Source of the DNA: Desulfatiglandales bacterium
Lineage (GTDB): Bacteria > Desulfobacterota > DSM-4660 > Desulfatiglandales > HGW-15
DNA length: 64,000 bases
Assembly: GCA_963667015.2 (NCBI GenBank)
Contig: CAXXJJ010000004.1
Coordinates: 736,001-800,000 of the forward strand
Reading direction: 5' to 3'
The position numbers were made by a program, and so were the translations under genes. The notes under the pieces are model-generated. The model had not been told where the DNA came from. It worked only from the letters and a program-made list of their open reading frames with translations, and searched no databases. Of this stretch, positions 22,024-33,160 are shown piece after piece (the first letter of the stretch is position 1; every line of letters starts with the position of its first letter).

Positions 22024-22767
22024 TTAAAAAGAATAAGAAAAGGTAAAACCACCAACAAAGTGATCAATATTACCCTTATAATCTCTCAGTTCATCTTTGG
22101 CATCACTTGAAATTGCCCATATGTAAGAAAGAGAAGGTGTTATACTCATATTGTCATTAATAGCAAAGGTCGTTGATGCAGAAACATTTGCATCATGTAG
22201 TCCATTGTAGCCATCATCATTGAGAGAATAGTATCCCATCGATGCTGACAGATCCAGGTCTATTAAGTTCATAACATCATATGTATGTCCTATACCAATA
22301 TTGACATACCAGCCTTTGAATGCCTGAACATCCCTGTAAAATGTAAAGGTTGGATTCAGGTAGCCTTCAAAAGATGCTGAAAAATAAAGCTCCTGAGTAT
22401 CGCCGCCATCAAGATCATAATAAATATAGCCCACTCCAAAATCGATAATCTCATATGACCATTCATATGACAGGGTAATATCGGTTTCATTGTAATCAGT
22501 TCCAGTATCAAAATAGTCCGTATCAAAGTTACCCCAAACATTTAAGCTAAAACCATCTAAGCCATAATCATCATAACCTAAAGTGACTGATGGTTGGATA
22601 ACGATGCTTTCATCACTAAGAGTATAGCCACGCCAGATATACTGTGAAAAAACGCCTACATCCGCTGATATTGAGAGGGGTCCATCCGCGGCCAATGCAG
22701 GTAAAGATCCAAAAGTTAAAGCGGCAATACCTACCACAAGAAAAGCTTGCATCATTTTTTTAAACAT
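22024..22767 (-). CDS. Putative outer-membrane beta-barrel protein (paralog 2)
   Basis: Signal peptide, YIWRG motif, amphipathic strands, C-terminal YSF. Confidence 0.8.
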   Translation of the reverse strand: MFKKMMQAFLVVGIAALTFGSLPALAADGPLSISADVGVFSQYIWRGYTLSDESIVIQPSVTLGYDDYGLDGFSLNVWGNFDTDYFDTGTDYNETDITLSYEWSYEIIDFGVGYIYYDLDGGDTQELYFSASFEGYLNPTFTFYRDVQAFKGWYVNIGIGHTYDVMNLIDLDLSASMGYYSLNDDGYNGLHDANVSASTTFAINDNMSITPSLSYIWAISSDAKDELRDYKGNIDHFVGGFTFSYSF

Positions 22768-22842
22768 TTTTTCCTCCTAATTATTTTTGTTTTTAATGTA
22801 CCGAGCAGTCCATAATACACTCGACTTCTCCCCAACTAATTA

Positions 22843-22925
22843 TCACTGTGCGTATGCTGAAATATCAAGATCAGGATACGCTCCATCATCATATTTTACG
22901 ATAATCAAGCTTTCAGCCACTTCCA
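22843..22925 (-). pseudogene. Degenerate remnant of the amtB 3' end
   Basis: Translates ...GAYPDLDISAYAQ* versus the intact AmtB C-terminus ...NAYPDFDTSSYAQN*. Confidence 0.7.
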
Positions 22926-23150
22926 GCAGTTATAACTTCGTTTCTATGAACATAAAATAATTTTGAAAAATTTACGCGTTTAAATAATAGGACAGTAGGT
23001 CTTTCTACCACACTTTTCAACCAATATCCAGAAAATTTTATTTTTCATTCAATATATATAAAATTATGAATAGCTACCTTATCAGCATATATTTCCTGAA
23101 ATATCAATAATTCCGGAACAATTGAATTTTATCAATAAGGATAAAATAAA

Positions 23151-23180
23151 AAACCCTTCCTGATAGATCGGGAAGGGTTT
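23151..23180 (-). terminator. Intrinsic terminator of the glnK-amtB-OMP operon
   Basis: aaacccttcctgat/atcgggaagggttt hairpin plus U-run on the minus strand. Confidence 0.75.
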
Positions 23181-23208
23181 TAAAGTTAAGTTGTTTTCAG
23201 ATTACTTC

Positions 23209-23949
23209 TTAGAAAGCAATGGAACATGTTATACCGGCAAAAAAGTGATCTGAATCACTGTCTGCGCTAACCGCTTCGATATCATCTTTAGCTTCAGACG
23301 AAAGACCGAATGTATATGTCAGAGAAGGCGTAATACTAAAATAGTCGTTCACAGGAATGGTTACAGATGCCCCGATAGTTCCATCATGAAGTTCGCTGTA
23401 ATCTACATCATCAAGATCATAATATCCGATTGAGGCAGACAGATCCAGTGCAAGTTCCTCTGTTAAGGGTATTGAATGTCCGATACCGAGGCTTATGTAC
23501 CAGCCTTCAAATGCATCGATATCCCTGTAAATGGTTATACTTGGAGCCAGTATGGTATCAAATCCTATTGTATAATAAAGCTCCATTGAATCTTCACCCT
23601 CAAGACCATAATAAATATAACCAACGCCCATGCTGACGGTATCATATGACCAGTCATAGGAAAAGGTCATATCTATTTCATTAAAATCAGCATCATCCAT
23701 GCCAACATAATCTGTATCAAGGTTACCCCAGAGGTTAAAACCAAAACCGCCATATGCAACTGTTGCTGAAGGCTGCAGAACAAGACTGCTGTCACTAAAG
23801 GCATAACCACGCCATACATACTGTGTATATACACCAAGATCGCCTGATGCGGATACCGGAGATTCTTCTTCTGCAACTGCATTAACTGCACCTAACGTGA
23901 GAGCAACAAGACCAGCCATAACAATAGTTTTCAAAATCCGTTTGTTCAT
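23209..23949 (-). CDS. Putative outer-membrane beta-barrel protein (paralog 1)
   Basis: Signal peptide, YVWRG, WGNLDTDY, C-terminal F; clearly homologous to 22024-22767. Confidence 0.8.
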   Translation of the reverse strand: MNKRILKTIVMAGLVALTLGAVNAVAEEESPVSASGDLGVYTQYVWRGYAFSDSSLVLQPSATVAYGGFGFNLWGNLDTDYVGMDDADFNEIDMTFSYDWSYDTVSMGVGYIYYGLEGEDSMELYYTIGFDTILAPSITIYRDIDAFEGWYISLGIGHSIPLTEELALDLSASIGYYDLDDVDYSELHDGTIGASVTIPVNDYFSITPSLTYTFGLSSEAKDDIEAVSADSDSDHFFAGITCSIAF

Positions 23950-24030
23950 TCATTCCTCCTAATTGATTTAATTCATTTTTAATTCTATCGGGTGGCCCGC
24001 CAACCGGGCACACCCCGACATTCCCGTTTA

Positions 24031-25368
24031 TTAATTCTGAGCGTATGATGATGTATCGAAATCAGGATACGCGTTGTTGCCATGCTCTGTAAAATCAAGA
24101 CCTTCTTTTTCTTCTTCAGGAGATACCCTCAGACCGATAGTCATTGATATAACCTTGAACAATATAAAAGCAGTTACAAATGTCCATACGAAACATGAGG
24201 CGATACCTAACACCTGAACGCCAACCACTTTCATGGAGAATCCGCCCATATCAAAGATACCGGCTGCCAGTGTTCCCCAGGCACCGTTAACACCATGAAC
24301 AGAAACTGCACCAACCGGATCATCAATTTTAATTTTATCAAAGAAAAGTACTGAGAAAACTACCAGTACGCCAGCTACTGCACCGATTATTATTGCACTG
24401 CCTGGAGATACATTTGCACAGCCGGCTGTAATTCCGACCAGCCCTGCCAGGGCGCCATTTAAGCTCATACCTGCTTCAGGTTTTCCGAACTTGAGCCATG
24501 CAGTAATCATAGCAAAGACAGCACCGGTTGCTGCGGCGAGGTTTGTATTGACAAATATCATGGCTATGCTTGTATCTGCTGTGGTTGTTGAACCGGGATT
24601 AAAACCAAACCACCCCAACCAGAGAATAAAAACACCAAGGGCTGCCAGAGGAATGTTGTGACCAAGGATAGGTTTAACCTTTCCGTCTTTTGTGTATTTT
24701 CCAAGTCTTGGGCCGAGAACGATAGCGCCTGCAAGGGCTGCCCAGCCGCCAACTGAATGAACTACAGTTGAACCAGCAAAGTCTATAAATCCAAAACCTT
24801 CAAGCCATCCGCTGCCATTAAATAAACTTCCCCATGCCCAGTGTCCAAATATAGGGTAGATAATTGCGCTGATTACCACGCTGTATGCCAGATATCCAAC
24901 AAACTTTGTTCTTTCTGCCATGGCACCGGATACGATTGTTGCTGCTGTTGCTGCAAAAACAACCTGGAACATCCAGAATGCAAGTACCCACGGGTCTCCG
25001 TCAGGGGTGAAATCACTCAGAAAAAATCCTGAAGTCCCAATCACTCCGGACTTTGTCACTCCAAACATGAGACCAAAACCAATTGCCCAGTATCCAAGGC
25101 TACCCATGGAGAAATCCATGAGGTTTTTCATCATGATGTTTACTGCATTTTTTGCCCTTGTAAAACCTGCCTCAACCATTGCAAATCCGGCCTGCATAAA
25201 AAATACGAGAGCGGCTGCAACCAGTGTCCATAGATAATTAGCATGTGTCTGTACAAGATCGATTGCCTCTTTATTGGTGAAGGGTGTAGGGTCTTCGTCC
25301 CCTGCCCATGCTTTTCCAATGCCGATCACGGCGAGAATAATAAAATATATCAATGCTTTTACTTTCAT
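24031..25368 (-). CDS. amtB: Ammonium transporter
   Basis: FMQAGFAMVEAG, DFAGSTVVH, GWFGFN, DDPVGAVSVH. Confidence 0.96.
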   Translation of the reverse strand: MKVKALIYFIILAVIGIGKAWAGDEDPTPFTNKEAIDLVQTHANYLWTLVAAALVFFMQAGFAMVEAGFTRAKNAVNIMMKNLMDFSMGSLGYWAIGFGLMFGVTKSGVIGTSGFFLSDFTPDGDPWVLAFWMFQVVFAATAATIVSGAMAERTKFVGYLAYSVVISAIIYPIFGHWAWGSLFNGSGWLEGFGFIDFAGSTVVHSVGGWAALAGAIVLGPRLGKYTKDGKVKPILGHNIPLAALGVFILWLGWFGFNPGSTTTADTSIAMIFVNTNLAAATGAVFAMITAWLKFGKPEAGMSLNGALAGLVGITAGCANVSPGSAIIIGAVAGVLVVFSVLFFDKIKIDDPVGAVSVHGVNGAWGTLAAGIFDMGGFSMKVVGVQVLGIASCFVWTFVTAFILFKVISMTIGLRVSPEEEKEGLDFTEHGNNAYPDFDTSSYAQN

Positions 25369-25383
25369 TTTTTTACTCCTTTC

Positions 25384-25764
<381 letters not shown>

Positions 25765-25798
25765 TTATTGTACGTTAATTATTTTCTCGTTATTAAGA

Positions 25799-25813
25799 GC
25801 AAGAGACATGCCA
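25799..25813 (-). promoter_or_regulatory. Sigma54 -24/-12 promoter of glnK-amtB
   Basis: Minus strand TGGCATGTCTCTTGC (GG-N10-GC). Confidence 0.8.
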
Positions 25814-25904
25814 TTTAATTTTAAAGGCAATTAATTTACTTATCATATTGTTTTTACTATTTATTTTTACTTAAATAATTCTCTAAGCCCAAATTACACA
25901 TACT

Positions 25905-25944
25905 ACATTTTTGTCATATTGGCTTTTCTTAACAACATTTTTGT
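25905..25944. promoter_or_regulatory. Paired enhancer-like sites for a sigma54 activator
   Basis: ACATTTTTGT at 25905-25914 and 25935-25944, 30 bp apart and about 100 bp upstream of the -24 box. Confidence 0.55.
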
Positions 25945-26149
25945 ACTCATAAGTAACTTATTGACGATTCTGCTACATTATTGGTTTTTTCAGCTTAAAA
26001 CAAATTAAGATGGATTACCGCGTGACATGAACTGCACTCTGAAGGAGGATTATTATAGAATTTCTTTTTATCATTTGCTATTTTGGCTCAGATAATAGGC
26101 CTGAAAAATTACTCAAGTAATAAATCCAAGATCAAAGGAGGTCACGCCC

Positions 26150-27394
26150 TTGCTGAGAATTCAAAGCTTCGCAGGTTTTTTTATCCTCGCCCTTCTTGCA
26201 TGGCTGATTTCAGAAAACAGAAAAAAAATTGAATACAGGACAATTGCAGCAGGACTTGTTATTCAGCTAATCGTTGCGCTTATCCTTGTTAAACTGCCTT
26301 TCAGCCAATCCTTTTTTATGTGGCTCAACAATATTGTTAGTGCCCTCCAGGAATCGACAGCCGAAGGTACTGGATTTGTTTTCGGCTATCTTGGCGGGGG
26401 AACGGCTCCCTTTGCAGTTACAAATCCCGGATCAAATTTTATCCTTGCCTTTCAGAGTCTTCCTCTCGTTCTTCTCATCAGTGCCCTTTCCGCACTGCTA
26501 TTCTACTGGAAAATCATCCCGGTTATTGTAAGAGGCTTTTCCTGGCTTTTATCCCGAAGTATGGGTGTCGGTGGTGTCGAAGGGCTTGGTGTTTCGGCTA
26601 ATATTTTTGTAGGAATGGTTGAAGCCCCCTTACTTGTCAAACCTTATATTCCCGGCATATCAAGAAGCGAACTATTCACAATAATGACTTCAGGCATGGC
26701 AACAATAGCAGGGACAGTTATGGTGCTCTATGCATCAATTCTCAACAATATTGTGCCTGGCATTACAGGTCACCTCTTAACCGCGTCACTTATTAGTGCG
26801 CCTGCTGCAATAACCGTTTCCAAACTCATGATACCTGAAACAGGCACAGTATCAGGCGGAAAGATAGTGCTTCCGGATCAGTCTAAAAGTTCCATGGACG
26901 CAATCACAAAGGGAACCCTTGAGGGGGTCAACCTGCTTATCAATATTGTCGCAATGATTGTAGTACTTGTTGCACTTGTTCACCTGTTAAACATTATACT
27001 GGGAACCCTTCCCGGTTTTGGAGGAGAACCGGTTACCATACAAAGACTCCTGGGATATATTATGGCTCCGGTTACCTGGATCATGGGCATCCCATGGTCG
27101 GAAGCAAAGATCACAGGGAGCCTTATGGGAGTAAAGACTGTACTTAACGAATTAATAGCCTATCAGAATCTGGCATCACTTGGTGAAAATGTTATTTCTG
27201 AAAGAAGCCGCCTTATAATGACATACGCTATGTGCGGATTTGCAAACCTTGGGTCTCTTGGAATAATGATCGGCGGAATGGGTGCAATGGCTCCTGAACG
27301 GCGGAATGAGATAGTAAGCCTGGGTATGAGATCAATTGCAGCAGGAACTCTTGCCACCTGCATGACCGGGGCAGTCATGGGCATTATTTACTGA
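26150..27394 (+). CDS. NupC/CNT family nucleoside:cation symporter
   Basis: ANIFVGMVEAP, GMATIAG, KTVLNE, MCGFANLGS. Confidence 0.93.
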   Translation: MLRIQSFAGFFILALLAWLISENRKKIEYRTIAAGLVIQLIVALILVKLPFSQSFFMWLNNIVSALQESTAEGTGFVFGYLGGGTAPFAVTNPGSNFILAFQSLPLVLLISALSALLFYWKIIPVIVRGFSWLLSRSMGVGGVEGLGVSANIFVGMVEAPLLVKPYIPGISRSELFTIMTSGMATIAGTVMVLYASILNNIVPGITGHLLTASLISAPAAITVSKLMIPETGTVSGGKIVLPDQSKSSMDAITKGTLEGVNLLINIVAMIVVLVALVHLLNIILGTLPGFGGEPVTIQRLLGYIMAPVTWIMGIPWSEAKITGSLMGVKTVLNELIAYQNLASLGENVISERSRLIMTYAMCGFANLGSLGIMIGGMGAMAPERRNEIVSLGMRSIAAGTLATCMTGAVMGIIY

Positions 27395-28406
27395 AATGAT
27401 TCCAGCCTTTTTTTAACAGAGGCCTTTGTTCTCCATCCTTTGGAATAACTGTCATGCCCTGTTCCCATGGAATAATCTTACCGATATGGGTCGCAGGACA
27501 GTTAAAGTCGGACAGTATGGATTTTACATCATCCACATTTTTGGGTGAGCATGTAAATAACAGCTCATAATCATCACTTGCCCCCAGTATAATATCTTCT
27601 GCTCTTTCATTAAAAAGAACAGACGCCTCATCAAGTGCCCTGCATGAAGGCAACATTTCTTCCCTTATCTCTGCACCTACAGTACTCTTTTCGCAGATAT
27701 GAGACAGGTCACCGGACAGTCCGTCACTTATATCAATCATGGATGTTATCTTTCCGGACATAGCGAGTACATGCCCTTCCCTGGCCCTGTGCCGCGGTCG
27801 TATATATGAGTCAAGAAGAGTTTTATACCGGTCCGGATCAGGGATTTTATCAGCAATAATCCGATACCCGGCGGCGGATCTTCCGGGTACACCTGTAACC
27901 ATGACCGCATCGCCAGGCATGGCACCAGATCGCAGGACCTTGAAATCCCTGTTTACTGCGCCGATAAGGGTAATATCGATATATGGACTTCCATCAATTC
28001 CGGATATATTACCTCCAATTATCATTGCCCCGAAGGGTTCCAGCTCCTTCAGAAAACCCCTGTAAATTTCCTCGATGTCATCAACCGAATCAGATAGCCC
28101 AAGCCCCAGCGTAACAAGTGCATAAAGAGGTTTTCCGCCCATGGCTCCAATATCACTTATATTCATCACCATGGCACGCCTGCCGATCTCCAGGGGGGTA
28201 ATATGCTCTTTCAGATAGTGATGCCCCTCAGCCATTGTGTCACAGGTTACAAGCATTTCAAACCCGGGTTCAGGAGGCTTAAATACTGCCGTATCATCAC
28301 CGATTCCGTGAACCAGCAGGCCGGAACTTTGTCCGGATTTTTTTATTATCTTATGGATACGTTCTATCAGGGCGAACTCGCCAATATCTGATACCTTCAA
28401 CGCCAT
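27384..28406 (-). CDS. thiL: Thiamine-phosphate kinase
   Basis: GEFALIERI, GIGDDTAV, NISDIGAMGG, IDISDGL, DDYELLF. Confidence 0.92.
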   Translation of the reverse strand: MALKVSDIGEFALIERIHKIIKKSGQSSGLLVHGIGDDTAVFKPPEPGFEMLVTCDTMAEGHHYLKEHITPLEIGRRAMVMNISDIGAMGGKPLYALVTLGLGLSDSVDDIEEIYRGFLKELEPFGAMIIGGNISGIDGSPYIDITLIGAVNRDFKVLRSGAMPGDAVMVTGVPGRSAAGYRIIADKIPDPDRYKTLLDSYIRPRHRAREGHVLAMSGKITSMIDISDGLSGDLSHICEKSTVGAEIREEMLPSCRALDEASVLFNERAEDIILGASDDYELLFTCSPKNVDDVKSILSDFNCPATHIGKIIPWEQGMTVIPKDGEQRPLLKKGWNHFSK

Positions 28407-28407
28407 T

Positions 28408-29043
28408 TTATTTTTGGCCATAGTTATCCAGTACAGTTCTAAACCTGCTTGCAGCCGTTTCAGGGTCATTATCCAGGCATACTGCAGAAATTACAGCAAC
28501 GCCATATGCCCCTGCATCCAATAAATTATTTACGTCAAGAGCTTTGATACCGCCAATGGCTATGACAGGTAATGAAATTTTTTCCACTATTATCCTGATG
28601 TTTTCAATACCTGTTGCCGGTCCTGCATCCGATTTTGAGCCGGTTGCATATACAGGACCTGCTCCGATATAGTCAACTCCATCAGAAAGACATTTTAGCG
28701 CCTCATCCATATCCCCGGCTGATCCGCCTATAATCGCATCCGGACCAAGTATGTTTCGGGCGAGGGGTATGGGAAAATCATCCTGCCCCAGATGAACTCC
28801 GTCAGCTTCTGCAGCTAATGCAATATCCACCCGATCGTTAATAATAAGTGGTACACCCGCTTCTTTGCACAGTTTTTTCATTTGCACTGCCGAAGCAATC
28901 ATCTCTTTTGTTGAACCTGATTTACAACGAAACTGTATAGTATCCGCACCACCTGCAAGGGCCATAGCAGTCAGCTCGACATGGGAATATCTCACCTGTA
29001 GATTTGTATCTGTTAGCAAATGAAACCGGCCTATTTTTTTCAT
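28408..29043 (-). CDS. thiE: Thiamine phosphate synthase
   Basis: IINDRVDIA, GVHLGQDD, GPVYATGSK, AIGGI. Confidence 0.93.
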   Translation of the reverse strand: MKKIGRFHLLTDTNLQVRYSHVELTAMALAGGADTIQFRCKSGSTKEMIASAVQMKKLCKEAGVPLIINDRVDIALAAEADGVHLGQDDFPIPLARNILGPDAIIGGSAGDMDEALKCLSDGVDYIGAGPVYATGSKSDAGPATGIENIRIIVEKISLPVIAIGGIKALDVNNLLDAGAYGVAVISAVCLDNDPETAASRFRTVLDNYGQK

Positions 29044-29299
29044 AATTTCTCCGTAAAAAACATTAAATATCAAATAGAGACACTGTTTTCAATCTTCTTG
29101 GATATACACACAGAAACAAACCGGATTATGAGATATGCAACAGCAAAAAAGATATTCAAATGACAACTGTGTTTATTTTGCCACACATACACTGTAAAAC
29201 CGTCAACAGTTTGACTAAACCATATTTTTGCCTTCTACCACAAACTCCTTATCTATTTGATTTTAAACATATTTTCAATAAATACTTAGAGATAAAATA

Positions 29300-29315
29300 A
29301 GGCACAAAATTTGCA
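29300..29315 (+). promoter_or_regulatory. Putative sigma54 -24/-12 promoter
   Basis: AGGCACAAAATTTGCA (GG-N10-GC); two TGT-N10-ACA sites upstream at 29170-29185 and 29193-29208. Confidence 0.65.
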
Positions 29316-29375
29316 TTTAAGAAATCTAAAGAATCTACTGTTTTTAAACTGTTAATTTTATATAGGGCAATCAAT

Positions 29376-29567
29376 ATGGAAAAGATAGTTGTGCTGACCG
29401 GCGGCGCGGAAAATGATAGCAAGCTGATAAAGTGCCTTAAAACCCTGTTCCCTGAATGCGAGATAGATATTCAACAAAGAGCACCCGGCAATAATGATCC
29501 GGCTGATATCATCTTTGAGAATGATGATCTGGATGAAGATATAGAGAAATATCTGAGTTTTCTTTAG
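29376..29567 (+). CDS. Small acidic hypothetical protein
   Basis: 63-aa ORF directly downstream of a sigma54-like promoter. Confidence 0.6.
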   Translation: MEKIVVLTGGAENDSKLIKCLKTLFPECEIDIQQRAPGNNDPADIIFENDDLDEDIEKYLSFL

Positions 29568-29571
29568 TCCA

Positions 29572-30453
29572 TCAAATAACAGCCATTATATTTGATTTAA
29601 TTTTTTCCAATCCCGGCCGCGATAAAGCAGTCTTTTCATACGCCTTTATAAAATCTTCATTACTCATTCCAAGAATCACATCTGTTGAAGGCATACATTT
29701 TTTATTAATCTTTCCTCTGTTATGAGGGCACACCTCCTGACATATGTCACAGCCAAGAAAACATTTGTTCATATATTTTCCATGTGAAATATTGACAGGC
29801 TGCTTAGATTCGATTGTAAGATATGAAAGGCATCTTGCCGAGTCAAAATAACGGGGACCATTTAAGGCCCCTGTAGGGCAGGAATCAACACATTTTGAAC
29901 ATGATCCGCAAAGGTCATGAATCGGTTCAACAATCGGCATATCAATTAGTACGGTTGTTAATATTTCTGCTAGATAAAAATATGACCCGTAACCGGGGAT
30001 TATGAGCATATTGTTTTTACCAATAAATCCCATACCGGATGAATAGGCGAAACTGCGTTCGAGGAAAGGGGCTGAATCAACCAGTATTCTCGATTTGCTT
30101 TCCGGGTATAATTTACAAATAAGGTCTATAAGCTCTCTGCATTTATCTCTCAGGCGAATATGGTAATCATCCTCATCGGGAGTGCTGTATCTTGAAAGAG
30201 TAAAACCATCTTCGGTCGCGGGCTTCTCTTCAGGGTAAGGATGGGCCAGGGATATTATTGTGCTGCATCCGGAAAGGAGTTTTAAAGGGTCTTCCCTTAT
30301 TTCCATATTCCTTTCCATCCAGGCCATTCCGGCGTTCCTGCCCGAGTCAACCCATGCTTTATACTCTTCAAAAAATAAGGGCTTTACAGGTCTCGAAAAA
30401 ACAATACCTTTAAAGCCCATTTCAAAAGCTTTTGATCGTATTTCATCAATCAT
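29572..30453 (-). CDS. queG: Epoxyqueuosine reductase
   Basis: DDYH, VDSAPFLER, GFIGKN, CGSCSKCVDSCPTGA, RCLSYLTIE, GCDICQEVCP. Confidence 0.9.
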   Translation of the reverse strand: MIDEIRSKAFEMGFKGIVFSRPVKPLFFEEYKAWVDSGRNAGMAWMERNMEIREDPLKLLSGCSTIISLAHPYPEEKPATEDGFTLSRYSTPDEDDYHIRLRDKCRELIDLICKLYPESKSRILVDSAPFLERSFAYSSGMGFIGKNNMLIIPGYGSYFYLAEILTTVLIDMPIVEPIHDLCGSCSKCVDSCPTGALNGPRYFDSARCLSYLTIESKQPVNISHGKYMNKCFLGCDICQEVCPHNRGKINKKCMPSTDVILGMSNEDFIKAYEKTALSRPGLEKIKSNIMAVI

Positions 30454-30469
30454 GACATGATGCCCTGTA

Positions 30470-31354
30470 TTAAATGGGCGTGTCCAGGTCAAAGGGAGTA
30501 AGGCTTTCGAACCCTTCTTCGGTAACAAGATATGTCTGTTCAAACTGGGCGGACAATGAGCCATCATCAGTTACGGCAGTCCATTTGTCTGAAAGGATAT
30601 GCAGTTCTTTCTTTCCAAGATTTATCATGGGCTCGACAGTAAACACCATTCCGGGAATCATTTTAAGCCCCTGCCCTTTTTTCCCGTAATGGGAGACCTG
30701 AGGAGGTTCGTGGAAATCTATACCGACTCCATGCCCGACAAATTCCCTTACAACAGAACACCCCTGCCTTTCCGCACACTGCTGTATTGCCCAGCCTATG
30801 TCACCGAGAGTGTTACCGGGAGCAATCATTGACACGCCGGCCCTGAGGCTTTCTCTTGCAACATTCACTATTTTTCTGGCATCAGGCGATACATTTCCAA
30901 CAAGATAGGTCTTGTTGGCATCGGCATAGTAGCCATTAAGGATAGGAGTGACGTCTATATTAACAATATCCCCTTCTTCAAGTCTTCTTTCACCGGGTAT
31001 TCCATGACATATTACCTCATTGATGGAGATACATACACTTTTGGGATATCCCCTGTAATTCAATGGGGCGGGAACAGCCCCGTTTTTAACTGTGAATTCA
31101 TGAACAATAGTGTTTATATCATCCGTCTTCATCCCCGGTTTAACATACTCCTCCACCAGGTTGAGGGTATCAACCGCAAGTCTGCCTGCCGCTTTAATGC
31201 CTGCAATATCGGCTTCGCTTTTTATCTTTATGCCGAATTTTCTCAAGTACAGGGCACTTTTGTCTTCTGAAGAGGTTAGTCCTTTTTTGAGACAGCATTT
31301 TTTATACTTGAGTCCGCTTCCGCAGGGGCAAAAATCATTTCGGCCTGTTTTCAT
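30470..31354 (-). CDS. map: Type I methionine aminopeptidase with N-terminal SEC-C motif
   Basis: [39 protein letters not shown]. Confidence 0.95.
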   Translation of the reverse strand: MKTGRNDFCPCGSGLKYKKCCLKKGLTSSEDKSALYLRKFGIKIKSEADIAGIKAAGRLAVDTLNLVEEYVKPGMKTDDINTIVHEFTVKNGAVPAPLNYRGYPKSVCISINEVICHGIPGERRLEEGDIVNIDVTPILNGYYADANKTYLVGNVSPDARKIVNVARESLRAGVSMIAPGNTLGDIGWAIQQCAERQGCSVVREFVGHGVGIDFHEPPQVSHYGKKGQGLKMIPGMVFTVEPMINLGKKELHILSDKWTAVTDDGSLSAQFEQTYLVTEEGFESLTPFDLDTPI

Positions 31355-31630
31355 ATCTTTTTTTCCAAGTGATAAGTAAATTTACAAACAGCATTACAAG
31401 ATGACAAATAAATGCATTGATCTATACTCTTGTCGCTTTTTTTGGGTATATGCAATAGCTTAGACAATGTTACTACCAAAATAATCCGGGCAAATCAAAT
31501 GTTAATGAATTGATTCTTAATTTAGATTTTTACTATAAAATACTAATTTTATAAAAATTGATTGAATATAAACTCATTAAAAGGTATCTAAATTAAAACC
31601 TATAACAAATAACCTTATAAGAATTTACCT

Positions 31631-33135
31631 TTGAACAGCGATAAAAAAAAGATACTTAAAAATCCGCATATCTGGTGTTTTTCGACCTATTTTGCTGAAG
31701 GATTTCCTTACTCTCTAATCCGGATTATTTCCTCTGTATTTTTCAGGGACATGAAAGTCAGCCTGGAAGGCGTCGGGCTCACATCTCTTTTTGGATTGCC
31801 ATGGGTGCTGAAACTTCTCTGGAGTCCCCAGGTCGACCAATTCGGGACAAAGAGAAAATGGATGAATTCAATGCAGTTTATCCTGGCGGTCCTGTTTTTA
31901 TCTGTGGCTTTTTTGACTCCCGTCCAGGGAGGAATAAAGGTTATTGCTATTTTATTTTTTATAGGATCTATCGTTGCGGCCACAAATGATATCGCAATTG
32001 ATGGTTACTATATGGAAGCGCTGGATAAAAAGGGGCAGGCAAAATTTGTTGGTTACCGTGTTATGGCTTACCGGTTAGCCATGATGACGGGAACAGGTGT
32101 TATTGTAACAATAGGGACGTATACCAACTGGCTTATAGGGTTTTTTGCAGCAGGAATTATTCTTCTCATACTTTTTCTCTACCATTTGTTTTTTCTCCCG
32201 GATGCAGAAAAAGAAAAATACTCCATTTTTGATCTTTTTAAGGCAACTTTAAGGTTTAAAGCTCTTCTTACTTTGACTTCAGTCATTGCAGGAATATTCT
32301 TTTTCAGATGGCATTTTCTCTTAACTGGTTCCAGGAAATTAAGGAGCAATTACCTGTCATCAACCGGATATCGGCAGCAGGATGGATAGGGATTGCACTA
32401 CTGTTCGTACTGATTCTACTTACGCTGTTTAAAAACAAAATAAATGCGATTTTATTAAAAAATGAGAAGTCATTTTATTCCAGAGCCTTTATTACTTACA
32501 TGGATAGAGAAAAGATCGGAATTATCCTGGCTTTTATTATTCTCCTGAGAACAGGTGAATTCATGCTTTCATCCATGTCAGCCGCATTCATGGTGGACCT
32601 TGGCATTAAAGTGCACTATGGATGGATATCAGGAGCAATAGGTCTTCCCTGTTCGATCATAGGTGCAATGATTGGAGGCTGGGCCATCTCAAAATATTCC
32701 TTAAAAAGAACTCTTTGGCCATTTCTGCTCGCCCAGAATCTTACCAATCTTATATATATGCTTCTTGCCCTTTATTTAAATAATTTTTTAATTTTGAACA
32801 CTGGCGCCGACAACGTGGTTCCCCTGGGGAATTATAACCTGTTTCTCATTGCCTCTGTTAACGGTTTTGATCAGTTTTCCGGTGGTCTGGGCACATCTGT
32901 CCTGATGACCTATTTAATGAGAACCTGTCTTTCCGAATTCAAGGCGGCCCACTATGCTATAGGGTCAGGACTTATGAATATTTGTGGGGTTTTAGCAGGT
33001 GTAATCAGTGGTTTTTTAGCCGGCTTGCTTGGGTACTGGATATTCTTTGGAATCAGTTTTCTGGCTTCTATTCCGGGAATGATAATGATCTTTTTTATAC
33101 CATTACTTGAAACAGAAGAAACCACCCAAAAATAA
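31631..33135 (+). pseudogene. ampG: AmpG-like MFS permease split by a frameshift near 32310 (real or assembly error)
   Basis: ORF1 has YFAEGFP, LPWVLKLLWSP, ATNDIAIDGY; ORF2 in another frame continues the MFS C-terminal half (FKAAHYA). Confidence 0.7.
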
Positions 33136-33160
33136 TATATTTTTGGGTGGTTTCCGGTGA

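Noticed and set aside
29044..29300. TPP riboswitch upstream of thiE-thiL
   Set aside because: No CTGAGA core or recognisable aptamer seen.
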